A stretch of 24,432 bases of DNA, from assembly GCA_036443405.1 (NCBI GenBank), contig JAZFYD010000074.1:1-24432 (forward strand), in the 5' to 3' direction. This stretch comes from Planctomycetota bacterium. Its GTDB lineage: Bacteria; Planctomycetota; PLA2. A model generated the notes under the pieces. It was not told the DNA's origin and did not search any database. It worked only from the letters and a program-made list of their open reading frames with translations. Positions 8,459-17,206 of this stretch are shown piece by piece. The position numbers and the translations under genes are program-made. Positions within the stretch are counted from its first letter, which is position 1; every line of letters starts with the position of its first letter.

Positions 8459-10084
8459 CTACGTTTCCTTCTTCTTCGCCGGCTTGTCCTTGGCCGGTTT
8501 GTCGTCACTTGCGACGGTAGCCTCGGCGCCGTCTTCGCCCTCGAGCTTGCCGAAGTACTCGGGCATCTTGACCCCCGCGATGTCCCGCATCATGTGCAGC
8601 ATCGGCGGCAGCGATCCCGAAAGCCCCGAGAGGAAGTCCGCGGTCGCGCCCTTGCCGCTCTTTCCGCTCGCGCCGGAGTCCCAGACCACGATCTTGTCGA
8701 ACTTGATGTTGGAAATCGCCGTCGCCGCGGTCTCGCTCAACTTGTCGAGGTGCTCGATCATCAGCATCTGGAACGCGGATTGAGCGTCGCCGCACGCCCT
8801 GACGATTTCGGCGAAACCCAGACCCTTTTTCTGCAGAATCTCGTACTGGCCGCGGGCCTCCGCCTCCAGCTTCGCGTAGATCGCCTTCGCTTCACCCTCG
8901 GCGTGGATCGCTCGCCGGTCCGCTTCGGCCTGCGCATCGACGGTGACGCGCTCCTTTTGCGCCTTGGCGACGGCGACCAGCTCCGCCATCTTCTCGGCCT
9001 CGACTTTCTCCGCCTCCGCACGCGCTGCGATCGCTTGCGCTTCGTACTGCGCCTTCAGCACCTCGGCGTCGGCCACCCGCTTGCGCGTCTCACCGCGCTG
9101 GAACGCGTCGGCACGCTCCACCTGAAGATCGGCGTTGGTCTTGGCGATCAGCGCCTGCGCTTCGTTCTCGCCCTTGACCGCCGCCGCGTTCGCCTCGGCC
9201 ACCTGCACGCGCTTCTCGCGATCCGCATCGGCGATCTGCGCATCGCGCTGGAAGTTCGCGGTCTGCTCACCGACCTTGGCCTCCTTGTCCAGGTTGGCCA
9301 CGTTGATCACGCGCTCGCGCTCGGCTTCCTTCGTCCCGATGTCGCGGTTCTTCTCCGCGATCGCGACCTCGATGTCCTTCTCGCGGTTCGCGCGCGCGAC
9401 ACCGACCGAGCCCTTCTTGACCTGTTCCGCCACGTCGATCTCGGCCTGCTGAATCGCGACGGCTGCCGCCTTGCGGCCGATGGCTTCGATGTAGCCGGAC
9501 TCGTCCGTGATGTCGGTGATGTTGACGTTGATGAGGTAGAGGCCGATCTTGCGCAGTTCGGGCTCCAGCGAGCTCTGGATCGAACCCAGGAACGAGTCGC
9601 GGTCCCGGTTGATCTCCTCGATCCTCATCGACGCGATCACCTGACGAAGCTGACCGAAGATGATGTCCCGCGCCTGGGCCTCGATCTCGGACGACTTCAG
9701 GTTCAGAAGACGAATCGCGGCGTTCGTCATCACGGCCGGCTCGGTACCGACCGCGACGGTGAACACCGACGGAACGTTGACGCGGATGTTCTCGATCGAA
9801 AGCGCGCCCTTGAGCGGAATCTCGATCTGGATCGGCTCCAGGTCCAGGAACTCGTAGTCCTGAATCAGCGGCCAGACGAACGCGCCGCCACCGTGCACGC
9901 AAAGGGCGGCCTCCTTACCGGCCACCTTGCCGTAGATCACGAGCACCTTGTTGGACGGGCAGCGCTTGTAGCGCTTCACCAACAGGATCAGGAAGCTGAA
10001 GATCAGGAACGCGACAAAGACAACGATGAGGACCGCGGGGTCCGTGATCTCTGCGGCCAAAATGGATGCCGGAAGCATGTTCAC
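8459..10084 (-). CDS. Flotillin / SPFH (band-7) family protein, YqiK/FloT-like
   Basis: 541 aa. It has an N-terminal TM segment, then an SPFH domain (VLVIYGKVAGKE...FVWPLIQDYEFLDLEPIQIEIP...). A long Ala/Glu/Lys-rich coiled-coil region (EAQAIAARAEAEKVEAEKMAEL...) and a charged C-terminal tail follow. Confidence 0.85.
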   Translation of the reverse strand: MNMLPASILAAEITDPAVLIVVFVAFLIFSFLILLVKRYKRCPSNKVLVIYGKVAGKEAALCVHGGGAFVWPLIQDYEFLDLEPIQIEIPLKGALSIENIRVNVPSVFTVAVGTEPAVMTNAAIRLLNLKSSEIEAQARDIIFGQLRQVIASMRIEEINRDRDSFLGSIQSSLEPELRKIGLYLINVNITDITDESGYIEAIGRKAAAVAIQQAEIDVAEQVKKGSVGVARANREKDIEVAIAEKNRDIGTKEAERERVINVANLDKEAKVGEQTANFQRDAQIADADREKRVQVAEANAAAVKGENEAQALIAKTNADLQVERADAFQRGETRKRVADAEVLKAQYEAQAIAARAEAEKVEAEKMAELVAVAKAQKERVTVDAQAEADRRAIHAEGEAKAIYAKLEAEARGQYEILQKKGLGFAEIVRACGDAQSAFQMLMIEHLDKLSETAATAISNIKFDKIVVWDSGASGKSGKGATADFLSGLSGSLPPMLHMMRDIAGVKMPEYFGKLEGEDGAEATVASDDKPAKDKPAKKKET

Positions 10085-10122
10085 CTCTATTTCTTCGTTT
10101 CTCCCGGACGGGGAGTTGATCC

Positions 10123-10701
10123 CTACAAAGGGATGACCTTGAGTGTCTCGCCGCCATCGACCGAGACAACCTTTACACGCGCGCCGGTCGCGATTTCATC
10201 ACCGTCGGTGACGGCGGCACATTCCATCGAACGCCCCTGAATGTCGATCGTGACCTTGCCGATGCCGCCGTTGTTGCCCGGCACTTTCAGGTAAACGGTG
10301 CCGTTGAGACCGGCGGCGTTGCTGATCTGCACCGTGCCGGACGAGTGGAGACGGCTGAGCCCCCTCATCATCCAAGCGACACCGAACATGGCCGCGATGC
10401 CCGCCGTGCAAGCCGCCAGAACCCGCACCTCCATCGGCGACTCCCCGCGCAACATCAAGAGGCCGGTGAGCCCGAAGATGCCCGCGAACGCGCAGAGCGC
10501 CTTGAACGACAGGATGCCGAAAAAGACGCTGCTGTCGTGTCCCGGGTCCTCGCCGGTGTCGGTGTGGACGTCCGTATCCATGTCGACATCGGTGTCCCCG
10601 ACTTCCACGTCATCGAAAAATCCAAACACCTGCATGACGACCTGAAGGCCGACAAAGGTGCAGCCGACGAGGGCGGAGTAGAAGTAGATGGTGTGTTCCA
10701 T
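10123..10701 (-). CDS. NfeD-like / YqiJ-like membrane protein with a C-terminal OB-fold, the flotillin partner
   Basis: It has TM helices, an acidic loop (DDVEVGDTDVDMDTDVHTDTGEDPGHD) and a C-terminal beta domain (GTVYLKVPGNNGGIGKVTIDIQGRSMECAAVTDGDEIATGARVKVVSVDGGETLKVIPL) like the E. coli yqiJ product. It sits immediately upstream of flotillin on the same strand. The start is uncertain: ATG at 10701 (chosen) or GTG at 10815, which has an AGGGGG ribosome-binding site. Confidence 0.65.
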   Translation of the reverse strand: MEHTIYFYSALVGCTFVGLQVVMQVFGFFDDVEVGDTDVDMDTDVHTDTGEDPGHDSSVFFGILSFKALCAFAGIFGLTGLLMLRGESPMEVRVLAACTAGIAAMFGVAWMMRGLSRLHSSGTVQISNAAGLNGTVYLKVPGNNGGIGKVTIDIQGRSMECAAVTDGDEIATGARVKVVSVDGGETLKVIPL

Positions 10702-10982
10702 CGGGGTTGGGTTCTTGGGGTACTCGGTTGTGCTGCTTGCCTTTTGGGGCGAAGCCTCTTCCTGTCGGGGTTTCCGACTCTCGATTCTTGCGATCCGCTC
10801 TCGCGGCGCAAGCACGATTGACGCCCCCTACGACCGGTCGCGGAGGATAATTCGGGCGGATTTGGATGTGCGGTGGCCGCCAAAGTGCGAACTGAGACAA
10901 ACGGTGCCCGTTATCGCGCTGCAAAAGCGTAGCGCCGGCGCGACGGCGCGTGCGCATGCAACGTTCGGGTTGCCCGCCGCGA

Positions 10983-13892
10983 CTATCCGCCGATCACTAC
11001 GGAGATACTCAGCGCCGCCTGGCCGGTCGCTTTCTCCGAAATCGTCAACTCGCCCGAGGGTTTACATCCGTCCGGGGTCTTGGGCGGCACGCTCGCAAGT
11101 TCGAAATCCAGATCCACGTCGATGCCCGGGTAGAACACGACCTCGCTCTTGCCGTTTGAGGTCACCCGGATCGGAACCGGGCTCGCGTACAGGTATTCGA
11201 GTTCCACCTCGAGTTCGATCTTCGCGTCGCCGTCGGCGTGGGTGAACGCGCCCATGATCTCGAGTTGGCATTTCGCGCCGTCCTTGGGGGAGTCGATCCG
11301 TCGATCGAACGTGCGATCGGGGAATCCGGCTTGGAAGACGTTGTTGCCGCCCTCGCGCATCGTCACCGCGAGATCGGTCACGAGGGCGTACTCCCGGCCC
11401 TTGATCTTGCTGCGCACGCGCACGGCGCTCACACCCTTGGCGAACGTCACCGGGATTTTCGCCGTGTCGTTTTTCGCCGTCAGCTTGCGCTTGACCGTTT
11501 TTCGATAGCCCATCAGCGAACCGCTGAGCTTGCCGCGCACCGGTTTGGCAAACAGGTTGCGCACCTTGACGGAACCGGACGGTGTCTTGCCGACGCCATG
11601 CGACCAACTCGTGATCTCCGACGGCACGGCCGCGAGCCCGGTGAAGCTGACCGCGAGTTCATAGCGCGAAACCTCGTCCGGCCGATCGCTCGTCACGCAG
11701 ATCTCCCAGACACCGGGCCGCAGCCCGTCCACGATTTCGCGCCGCGCCGAGGTCTTGCCCGTCTTGGTTTCCAGATTCAACCGCCCCGCCCAGATCGCCG
11801 TGCCGTTGGGCCGAAAGATCTGGCCGACACGCGCCGTCGAGAACTGACCGTCCACCGCGCGCAAATCGACTTGCATCGCGCCCGCGCCCGCCGGCACCGC
11901 GACGAAGTACCGCTGCGGGCGCCAACCATCCGCCGCCTGGTTCTTGAAACTGCGCCGGTATCCGTTTTCCGCGGAAAACGTGTGCGGCACGACAACCGTG
12001 TTCCACAGCCGCGTTACAACCGCGTCGCCCTCCAGCAATTCGACCGACGCCTGGTACACGCCGGGCGACTGGAACGCGCCGTCCTTGTAACGCACCCGCA
12101 CCGTCGCCTCCTGCGGCCCGCGGAAGTACACCTGATCCGACATCACTTCGCACCACGACGCCGTGGATCGCAACCGGTAGCGGCGCGCGAACCCGTCCTG
12201 TCGCGCCCGGTCCGTGTGCGGCGCGAAGATCGGCTTCAGGTGAAACTCCTGGATCTGTCCGCGCGGCAGGTGTTCGGTGCGCCAGTACGCCGCACGCCCC
12301 TCACCGCCCGGCGCCATCGGGCTCTCCGTGCGGATTGCGTAGTCGAGGAACGGGCTGTCGCCGTGCGCTGCCGCCAGTTCACGAAGCTCAGCGACGGCGG
12401 CGGACAGTTCGGGGAGTCCCGCACCGATGTCGACGCGCTCGAATCCCGGTACGGACCTCCCGCTTTTTTGCAACGCCTCCTTGATCCATGTGTGGAACGG
12501 CTGGCGTCCGGGGCTCTCCGCATGCAGATCGCCCGCGAGCAGGCCGCACAGCCCCGCCGCGTACGGCGACGCCATCGACGTACCCCACCAGAAATCGCCG
12601 TCGCGGTTCCAAAGCGGCACCGCCGACGTGACCGCGCCGGGCGTGACGATGTCGGGCTTGCTGAGCTCGCCACCGCGCGAGCTGAACCTCGCGATCTGAT
12701 GGTGCGCGAGTTTGGCGCCCATCACGCTTTTCGCGGTCTCCTTCGCCATCATCGCGCCGACGGTGATCGGCAGGTGCGCCGCTGCCGGCGACCCGATCGA
12801 ACTGAGACCGGGGCCTTCGTTTCCGGCTGCCTGGCAGATGATCAGGAACGGGTTCTCCGACAAAAGCTTGTCGAGGAATCGGTCGATGTCCGCGGCGCCC
12901 TCTTGTTCCGACGCGATGCCGTAGCTGAGGTTGCACACCACCGGTACGCGCTTTTCGCGTGCGTAACGCGCGGCATACAAGAACGCCGCTTTCTTGGAAC
13001 CCGTCGTCGTCGAGCCGCCGGCGAGGCGGTTGTCGCCGATTTTCAGGCTGATCACCTTGGCGCCCGGCGCGATCCCGTGGAAGTCATCCTGGCCGTGCAG
13101 CTTGTAGCCGGCCGCGATGCCGGCGACGTGGGTGCCGTGGCCACCGCTGTCGAAGTGCACCGAGAGCAGACGCTTCTTGAGGAAGACGTTGACCGCGCAG
13201 GTGAGCTGACGGCGCTGGCGCGCCTCGTTTTTTCGGTGAAACGTGAACGTCTCCTGCGCGACGTGGAAGTTGCGCACCGGCTTCTCGTCGGAGAAATCGC
13301 GATCGCCATCGGTGTCGACGAACACGAGCGCGTGGTCGTCCCCCGCGTCCTTGGGCGCGAGCACACAGACCGCGAACACGCCGTCTTTCTTGCCGTCGTC
13401 GTCGACGTCGGCCACACGCGTGTTCTTGAACCGGCTCTCCTTGATCGTCGCGAGCCAAACGGCGGCGTCTCCGATCTTGCCCCGATCCGGCGCTCCGTAG
13501 TTCTCCGGGGTTCCGTCCTCCGCCGTCCGGCCGACCTGCTTGCCGCCGTTCAGGAATCGGCCGCGATGCAACTCGACGTCGCCCTCGCCGCTGAAGTCCC
13601 GCACGTCGATGACCTTGGCCGCGCCGTCCGGCCCGCGATCGAGTCCTTTCACGGCCATGTCGACGCCCGTATCCAGGACCGCGATGACCACACCGCGCCC
13701 GTCGCGCTCGGGATACTTCGTGCGATACACGTCGACGCCGCACGCAGTGCGCGGCAGCTGGTTCCAACGCAACGCGTGCGTCGCAGCGGGCGGGTTTTGC
13801 GGTTTTTGGTTCTTGGCAGCCGGGTCCTGCGCCGCCGCGATGACGGCGAGAAGACCTAGGGCAACAACGGGGGAAACGGCGAGAGCGCGCAT
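10983..13892 (-). CDS. Subtilisin-like serine peptidase (S8 family), secreted, ~969 aa, with a long C-terminal beta-rich extension
   Basis: Signal peptide MRALAVSPVVALGLLAVIAAAQDP. The catalytic triad motifs are VIAVLDTGVD (Asp), HGTHVAGIAAG (His) and GTSMASPYAAG (Ser), with oxyanion AAGNEGP. There is a large insert between Asp and His, probably a PA-like domain. In the ORF track this gene is merged into the 1332-aa ORF, which upstream runs through the fumC region in another frame. Confidence 0.85.
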   Translation of the reverse strand: MRALAVSPVVALGLLAVIAAAQDPAAKNQKPQNPPAATHALRWNQLPRTACGVDVYRTKYPERDGRGVVIAVLDTGVDMAVKGLDRGPDGAAKVIDVRDFSGEGDVELHRGRFLNGGKQVGRTAEDGTPENYGAPDRGKIGDAAVWLATIKESRFKNTRVADVDDDGKKDGVFAVCVLAPKDAGDDHALVFVDTDGDRDFSDEKPVRNFHVAQETFTFHRKNEARQRRQLTCAVNVFLKKRLLSVHFDSGGHGTHVAGIAAGYKLHGQDDFHGIAPGAKVISLKIGDNRLAGGSTTTGSKKAAFLYAARYAREKRVPVVCNLSYGIASEQEGAADIDRFLDKLLSENPFLIICQAAGNEGPGLSSIGSPAAAHLPITVGAMMAKETAKSVMGAKLAHHQIARFSSRGGELSKPDIVTPGAVTSAVPLWNRDGDFWWGTSMASPYAAGLCGLLAGDLHAESPGRQPFHTWIKEALQKSGRSVPGFERVDIGAGLPELSAAVAELRELAAAHGDSPFLDYAIRTESPMAPGGEGRAAYWRTEHLPRGQIQEFHLKPIFAPHTDRARQDGFARRYRLRSTASWCEVMSDQVYFRGPQEATVRVRYKDGAFQSPGVYQASVELLEGDAVVTRLWNTVVVPHTFSAENGYRRSFKNQAADGWRPQRYFVAVPAGAGAMQVDLRAVDGQFSTARVGQIFRPNGTAIWAGRLNLETKTGKTSARREIVDGLRPGVWEICVTSDRPDEVSRYELAVSFTGLAAVPSEITSWSHGVGKTPSGSVKVRNLFAKPVRGKLSGSLMGYRKTVKRKLTAKNDTAKIPVTFAKGVSAVRVRSKIKGREYALVTDLAVTMREGGNNVFQAGFPDRTFDRRIDSPKDGAKCQLEIMGAFTHADGDAKIELEVELEYLYASPVPIRVTSNGKSEVVFYPGIDVDLDFELASVPPKTPDGCKPSGELTISEKATGQAALSISVVIGG

Positions 13893-13945
13893 GAAGCCCC
13901 AAAGTGTAATGGGACAGAGCCGCATCGCGCGGTGAAACTGTCGCC

Positions 13946-15319
13946 TCAGTCCGTCATGCCGCGCAGGTCGAGGATCTCGTCGAGGTTCTGAATCCCCATC
14001 TCGTCGGCGACCTCGCGAACGGTCTTGCCCTCGGCGTACGCGCGCTTGGCGAGCGCGGCCGCCGTGTCGTAGCCGATGACCGGCGCGAGCGCAGTGCACA
14101 GCATGAGGCTCTGCTCGATCAGCGCCGCGATGCGGGGCTCGTCCGCCTCGATGCCGTCGATGCACTTGTCGACGAAGATGGTGGAGACGTTGGCGAGCAG
14201 GTGCAGCGAATCGAGCATGGCCTCCGCCATCATCGGAATCGCGACGTTCAGCTCGAACAGCCCGGAGGTCCCGCCGGCGACGATCGCCGCATCGTGACCC
14301 AGGACCCGCATGCAGACCTGCAGCACCGATTCGCAGATCACGGGATTCACCTTGCCGGGCATGATCGACGAGCCCGGCTGCGTCACGGGCAGCTTGATCT
14401 CGCCGATCCCACAGCGCGGCCCGGAACCGAGCATCCGCAGGTCGTTCGCGATGCGCGTCAGCGAAACGGCCACGGTCCGAACCGCGCCGGACAACTCGAC
14501 GACCGCGTCGCGCGACGCCTGCGCCTCGAAGTGGTTCGGCGCCTCGACGAACGGGAGGCCGGTCGCCTCCGCGATGCGCGCGATGGTCTTTTGCGCGAAT
14601 CCCGGGGGGCAGTTGATCCCCGTGCCTACGGCGGTCCCGCCGAGCGCCAACTCCAGCAGCCGCGGCTGTGCGGCCTCGAGCCGGCCGATGCTGTTTTGGA
14701 CCTGCGCCTGGTATCCGCCAAACACCTGGCCGAGGCGAACCGGGGTCGCGTCCTGCAGATGCGTGCGGCCAATCTTCACGATCCCGTCGAACTGTTTCGT
14801 TTTGTCCTGAAGCGCCACTTCGAGGTGACGCAGCGCCGGCAGCAGGCGCGTGTGCAGCTCCTCGGCGCAGGAGATGTGCAGCGCCGTCGGAATGACGTCG
14901 TTGCTCGACTGGCCCTGGTTGACGTGGTCGTTGGGGTGAACCGTTTCGCGGCTGCCGATCGGCTGGCCCAGGATCACGCAAGCGCGGTTCGCGATCACCT
15001 CGTTGGCGTTCATGTTCGTGGAGGTACCGGAACCGGTCTGGAACACATCGACGGGGAAATGCGCGTCGTGATCCCCGGCGGCGACTTCGCCCGCGGCCTT
15101 CTCGATGGCGTCCGCGATCTCGCCGGAGAACGTGCCTAGCTCGCGGTTGGTCGCGGCCGCCGCCCCCTTGATCAGGCCGAGCGCGCGTAGGAACGGCCGC
15201 GGCAGCGCTCGCCCGCTCACCGGAAAGTTCTCGACCGCCCGCTGCGTCGTCGCGCCGTAAAGCGCGTCCGCCGGAACGAGCATCTCACCCATGGAGTCGC
15301 GTTCGGTTCGTGTGGTCAT
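13946..15319 (-). CDS. fumC: Class II fumarate hydratase
   Basis: It aligns block by block with E. coli FumC in memory: ERDSMGEMLVPADALYGATTQR, FQTGSGTSTNMNANEVIANRA, KIGRTHLQDATP, SGPRCGIGEI and the GSSIMPGKVNP signature. The Gly in that signature favours fumarase over aspartase. Confidence 0.85.
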   Translation of the reverse strand: MTTRTERDSMGEMLVPADALYGATTQRAVENFPVSGRALPRPFLRALGLIKGAAAATNRELGTFSGEIADAIEKAAGEVAAGDHDAHFPVDVFQTGSGTSTNMNANEVIANRACVILGQPIGSRETVHPNDHVNQGQSSNDVIPTALHISCAEELHTRLLPALRHLEVALQDKTKQFDGIVKIGRTHLQDATPVRLGQVFGGYQAQVQNSIGRLEAAQPRLLELALGGTAVGTGINCPPGFAQKTIARIAEATGLPFVEAPNHFEAQASRDAVVELSGAVRTVAVSLTRIANDLRMLGSGPRCGIGEIKLPVTQPGSSIMPGKVNPVICESVLQVCMRVLGHDAAIVAGGTSGLFELNVAIPMMAEAMLDSLHLLANVSTIFVDKCIDGIEADEPRIAALIEQSLMLCTALAPVIGYDTAAALAKRAYAEGKTVREVADEMGIQNLDEILDLRGMTD

Positions 15320-15406
15320 GGTTATCAGTGTGCCAAATGAGCCCCCGCCTTTGCCGCTGCCTTTGCCTCGGATCCTCTCCTCGGCCCAAAGCGTCCACGC
15401 CCTCGG

Positions 15407-17134
15407 CTACTCGCCGAAGGCCTTAGCCAGGTGCTTCTTCAGCTCCTTCTTGTCGTTTTTGAACTTCGCCACGTCGAACTCCGGCACGGTCTTGTTCTTT
15501 TTGGCCGTGTAGGTCTTGATCCAGCGCTTGAACTGCGTCGCCATCGAACCGCGGCCGTAGTGCATCAGATGCGTGTAGCCCCACGCCGTCGCGCGCAGAT
15601 CGGGCTTCTCGGCCTCGGCGAAGTCCTTGTTGGTCCAGGCGATGACGTTGGCGAATCCAACGACGGTTTCGGCCGTGACGCGGGTCTGCAGCATCTCGAG
15701 CAGCTCCGGATGGCCGGCACGCGCATCGCCGCCCGAGCGGCCGGCCGCCTCGATGCAGGCGAGGACGCCTTCGCGGTACCAAGCGGGCGGCGGCACAGGG
15801 AGGTCACGGTGCTGCATCGCGCGGGCGAGGGCGACGTAGAGGCGGCCGCGCCACGTCGCGAGCGTCTCGCCATCGTCGGGCGGCGCGGTCGCGACGACCA
15901 TCTGGCGCGACATGTCGTACGTCGCGTGTTCCGTGCCGAAGTGATGGCTCTCTTCCTCCATCGCATCGGCGGCCACGACCAGAACTCCCACCGGTCGCGC
16001 CTTGCGCCACTCTCCGGCGCCGAGTTTCGGCCAGCTCTTCTCGAACCCTGTCAGCTGCGATGTGATCGCCGCACCGACGGCCGCATCGGGCCCGAACACG
16101 CGGAGCAGTTTCTTGTACGTCGTCTCCTTCAATTCGCCCGGCGTGAATCCGATCTCTTCGAAACCCTTGTAGGCGCTGTTTTGCAATACAACGGTCTCGG
16201 CCACACCGTCGCCGAACGCGCGCTGCTTGGCGAACACGCTGTCTTTCACCTGGAGCGTCAGCGAGTAGCCGATGCCGTTCGCTTCGTATCCGAAGACGTA
16301 TTGCACGTACCCCGGCCTGCGATTCTTGATCAGCATGCGCGGCGGGTTGTCGCCCATCATCCTGCCGGACACGCTGGCGTAAGTTCGTTTGAGTCGGCTC
16401 AGCAGTTTGCCGAGCACGCGGGCCGCGCTGAAACTCTCGCCCTCGTTCTTGAACGTCAACGTCCCGCTGCCGCTCTTGAGTACGAGCCACACCTCGGCGT
16501 CCTCGCTCGGAACGCGCTGCCAGGAACCCGGCACGACCAGCGAAACCCGATGCTGCCAGTCGCCCAGGCGCACGGGCGCACTCGTGGTCGCGTTCGCCGT
16601 TCCCGTCGTGGCCGCCGTACCGTCGCCGAGGCGCACGGACGCGACGATCGCCATCAGCTGGCGCAGCCAGGTCTTCTCGTACGTCGAGCGCATCCCGCTC
16701 ACGACCGTGATGATGAGACCGTCCCCACCGTCGCCGAGAAAACGTCGCAGGAAGATCTGCCGTTTCTTCGGGATGTCGATCCGGTAGCCGATGAACGGGT
16801 CGTCGATTTTTTGAATGCGCGCTTCGCTGTCCTTGGCGCTGTCGTACTTGAGGTAGCGCTCGCGGTTCTCGATCTCGTTGTTCATGCCATCCTCGCGCTG
16901 GATGGTCATCACATGACCGCCCTGGCGCGCGAGCGACGACGCCAGAAGGCTGAGGATCTGGGTGCCGGCCGGCGGCCGCTTGGTCCAAAGCTCCGGGACC
17001 GTCACGATGACGCGGCCCTCGTCGTCCATCTCGTCGCGCGTCCTGCCCTTGAACGGGTCGTCGTTCTGCGCGGACGCGGGAACGACCATCAGGAGCAACA
17101 CACCAACCCAACCAGTGCAAACGTTGAAGCCCAT
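15407..17134 (-). CDS. Hypothetical secreted protein, 575 aa
   Basis: Signal peptide MGFNVCTGWVGVLLLMVVPASAQ. It has a mixed, non-biased composition, unlike the overlapping Arg-rich antisense ORFs. I recognise no catalytic motif. Confidence 0.5.
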   Translation of the reverse strand: MGFNVCTGWVGVLLLMVVPASAQNDDPFKGRTRDEMDDEGRVIVTVPELWTKRPPAGTQILSLLASSLARQGGHVMTIQREDGMNNEIENRERYLKYDSAKDSEARIQKIDDPFIGYRIDIPKKRQIFLRRFLGDGGDGLIITVVSGMRSTYEKTWLRQLMAIVASVRLGDGTAATTGTANATTSAPVRLGDWQHRVSLVVPGSWQRVPSEDAEVWLVLKSGSGTLTFKNEGESFSAARVLGKLLSRLKRTYASVSGRMMGDNPPRMLIKNRRPGYVQYVFGYEANGIGYSLTLQVKDSVFAKQRAFGDGVAETVVLQNSAYKGFEEIGFTPGELKETTYKKLLRVFGPDAAVGAAITSQLTGFEKSWPKLGAGEWRKARPVGVLVVAADAMEEESHHFGTEHATYDMSRQMVVATAPPDDGETLATWRGRLYVALARAMQHRDLPVPPPAWYREGVLACIEAAGRSGGDARAGHPELLEMLQTRVTAETVVGFANVIAWTNKDFAEAEKPDLRATAWGYTHLMHYGRGSMATQFKRWIKTYTAKKNKTVPEFDVAKFKNDKKELKKHLAKAFGE

Positions 17135-17206
17135 GGGACCTTTTTAACCGACGGACGCCGAAACACGGACCGCGAGGAGGCAAACCGCGCTGACCCCGGT
17201 TCCGGT

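Noticed and set aside
8594-10240. 548-aa ORF on the + strand
   Set aside because: It is antisense to the flotillin gene, whose SPFH and coiled-coil regions are unmistakable.
11238-13859. 873-aa ORF on the + strand
   Set aside because: It is antisense to the S8 peptidase gene, which has intact catalytic motifs and a signal peptide. The + strand translation is Arg/Leu-rich low-complexity, as expected from GC-rich antisense frames.
14201-15139. 312-aa ORF on the + strand
   Set aside because: It is antisense to fumC.
13946-15319. Alternative call as aspartate ammonia-lyase (aspA)
   Set aside because: The signature reads GSSIMPGKVNP (Gly, as in fumarase; aspartase has Ala), and the N-terminal blocks match FumC better. 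This is a recall-based alignment only, so some doubt remains.
15431-17206. 5' two-thirds of the 1119-aa + strand ORF
   Set aside because: It is antisense to the 575-aa secreted protein gene and its translation is Arg/Leu-rich. Only the part from ATG 17207, with a signal peptide, HEAT repeats and a vWA domain, is credible.
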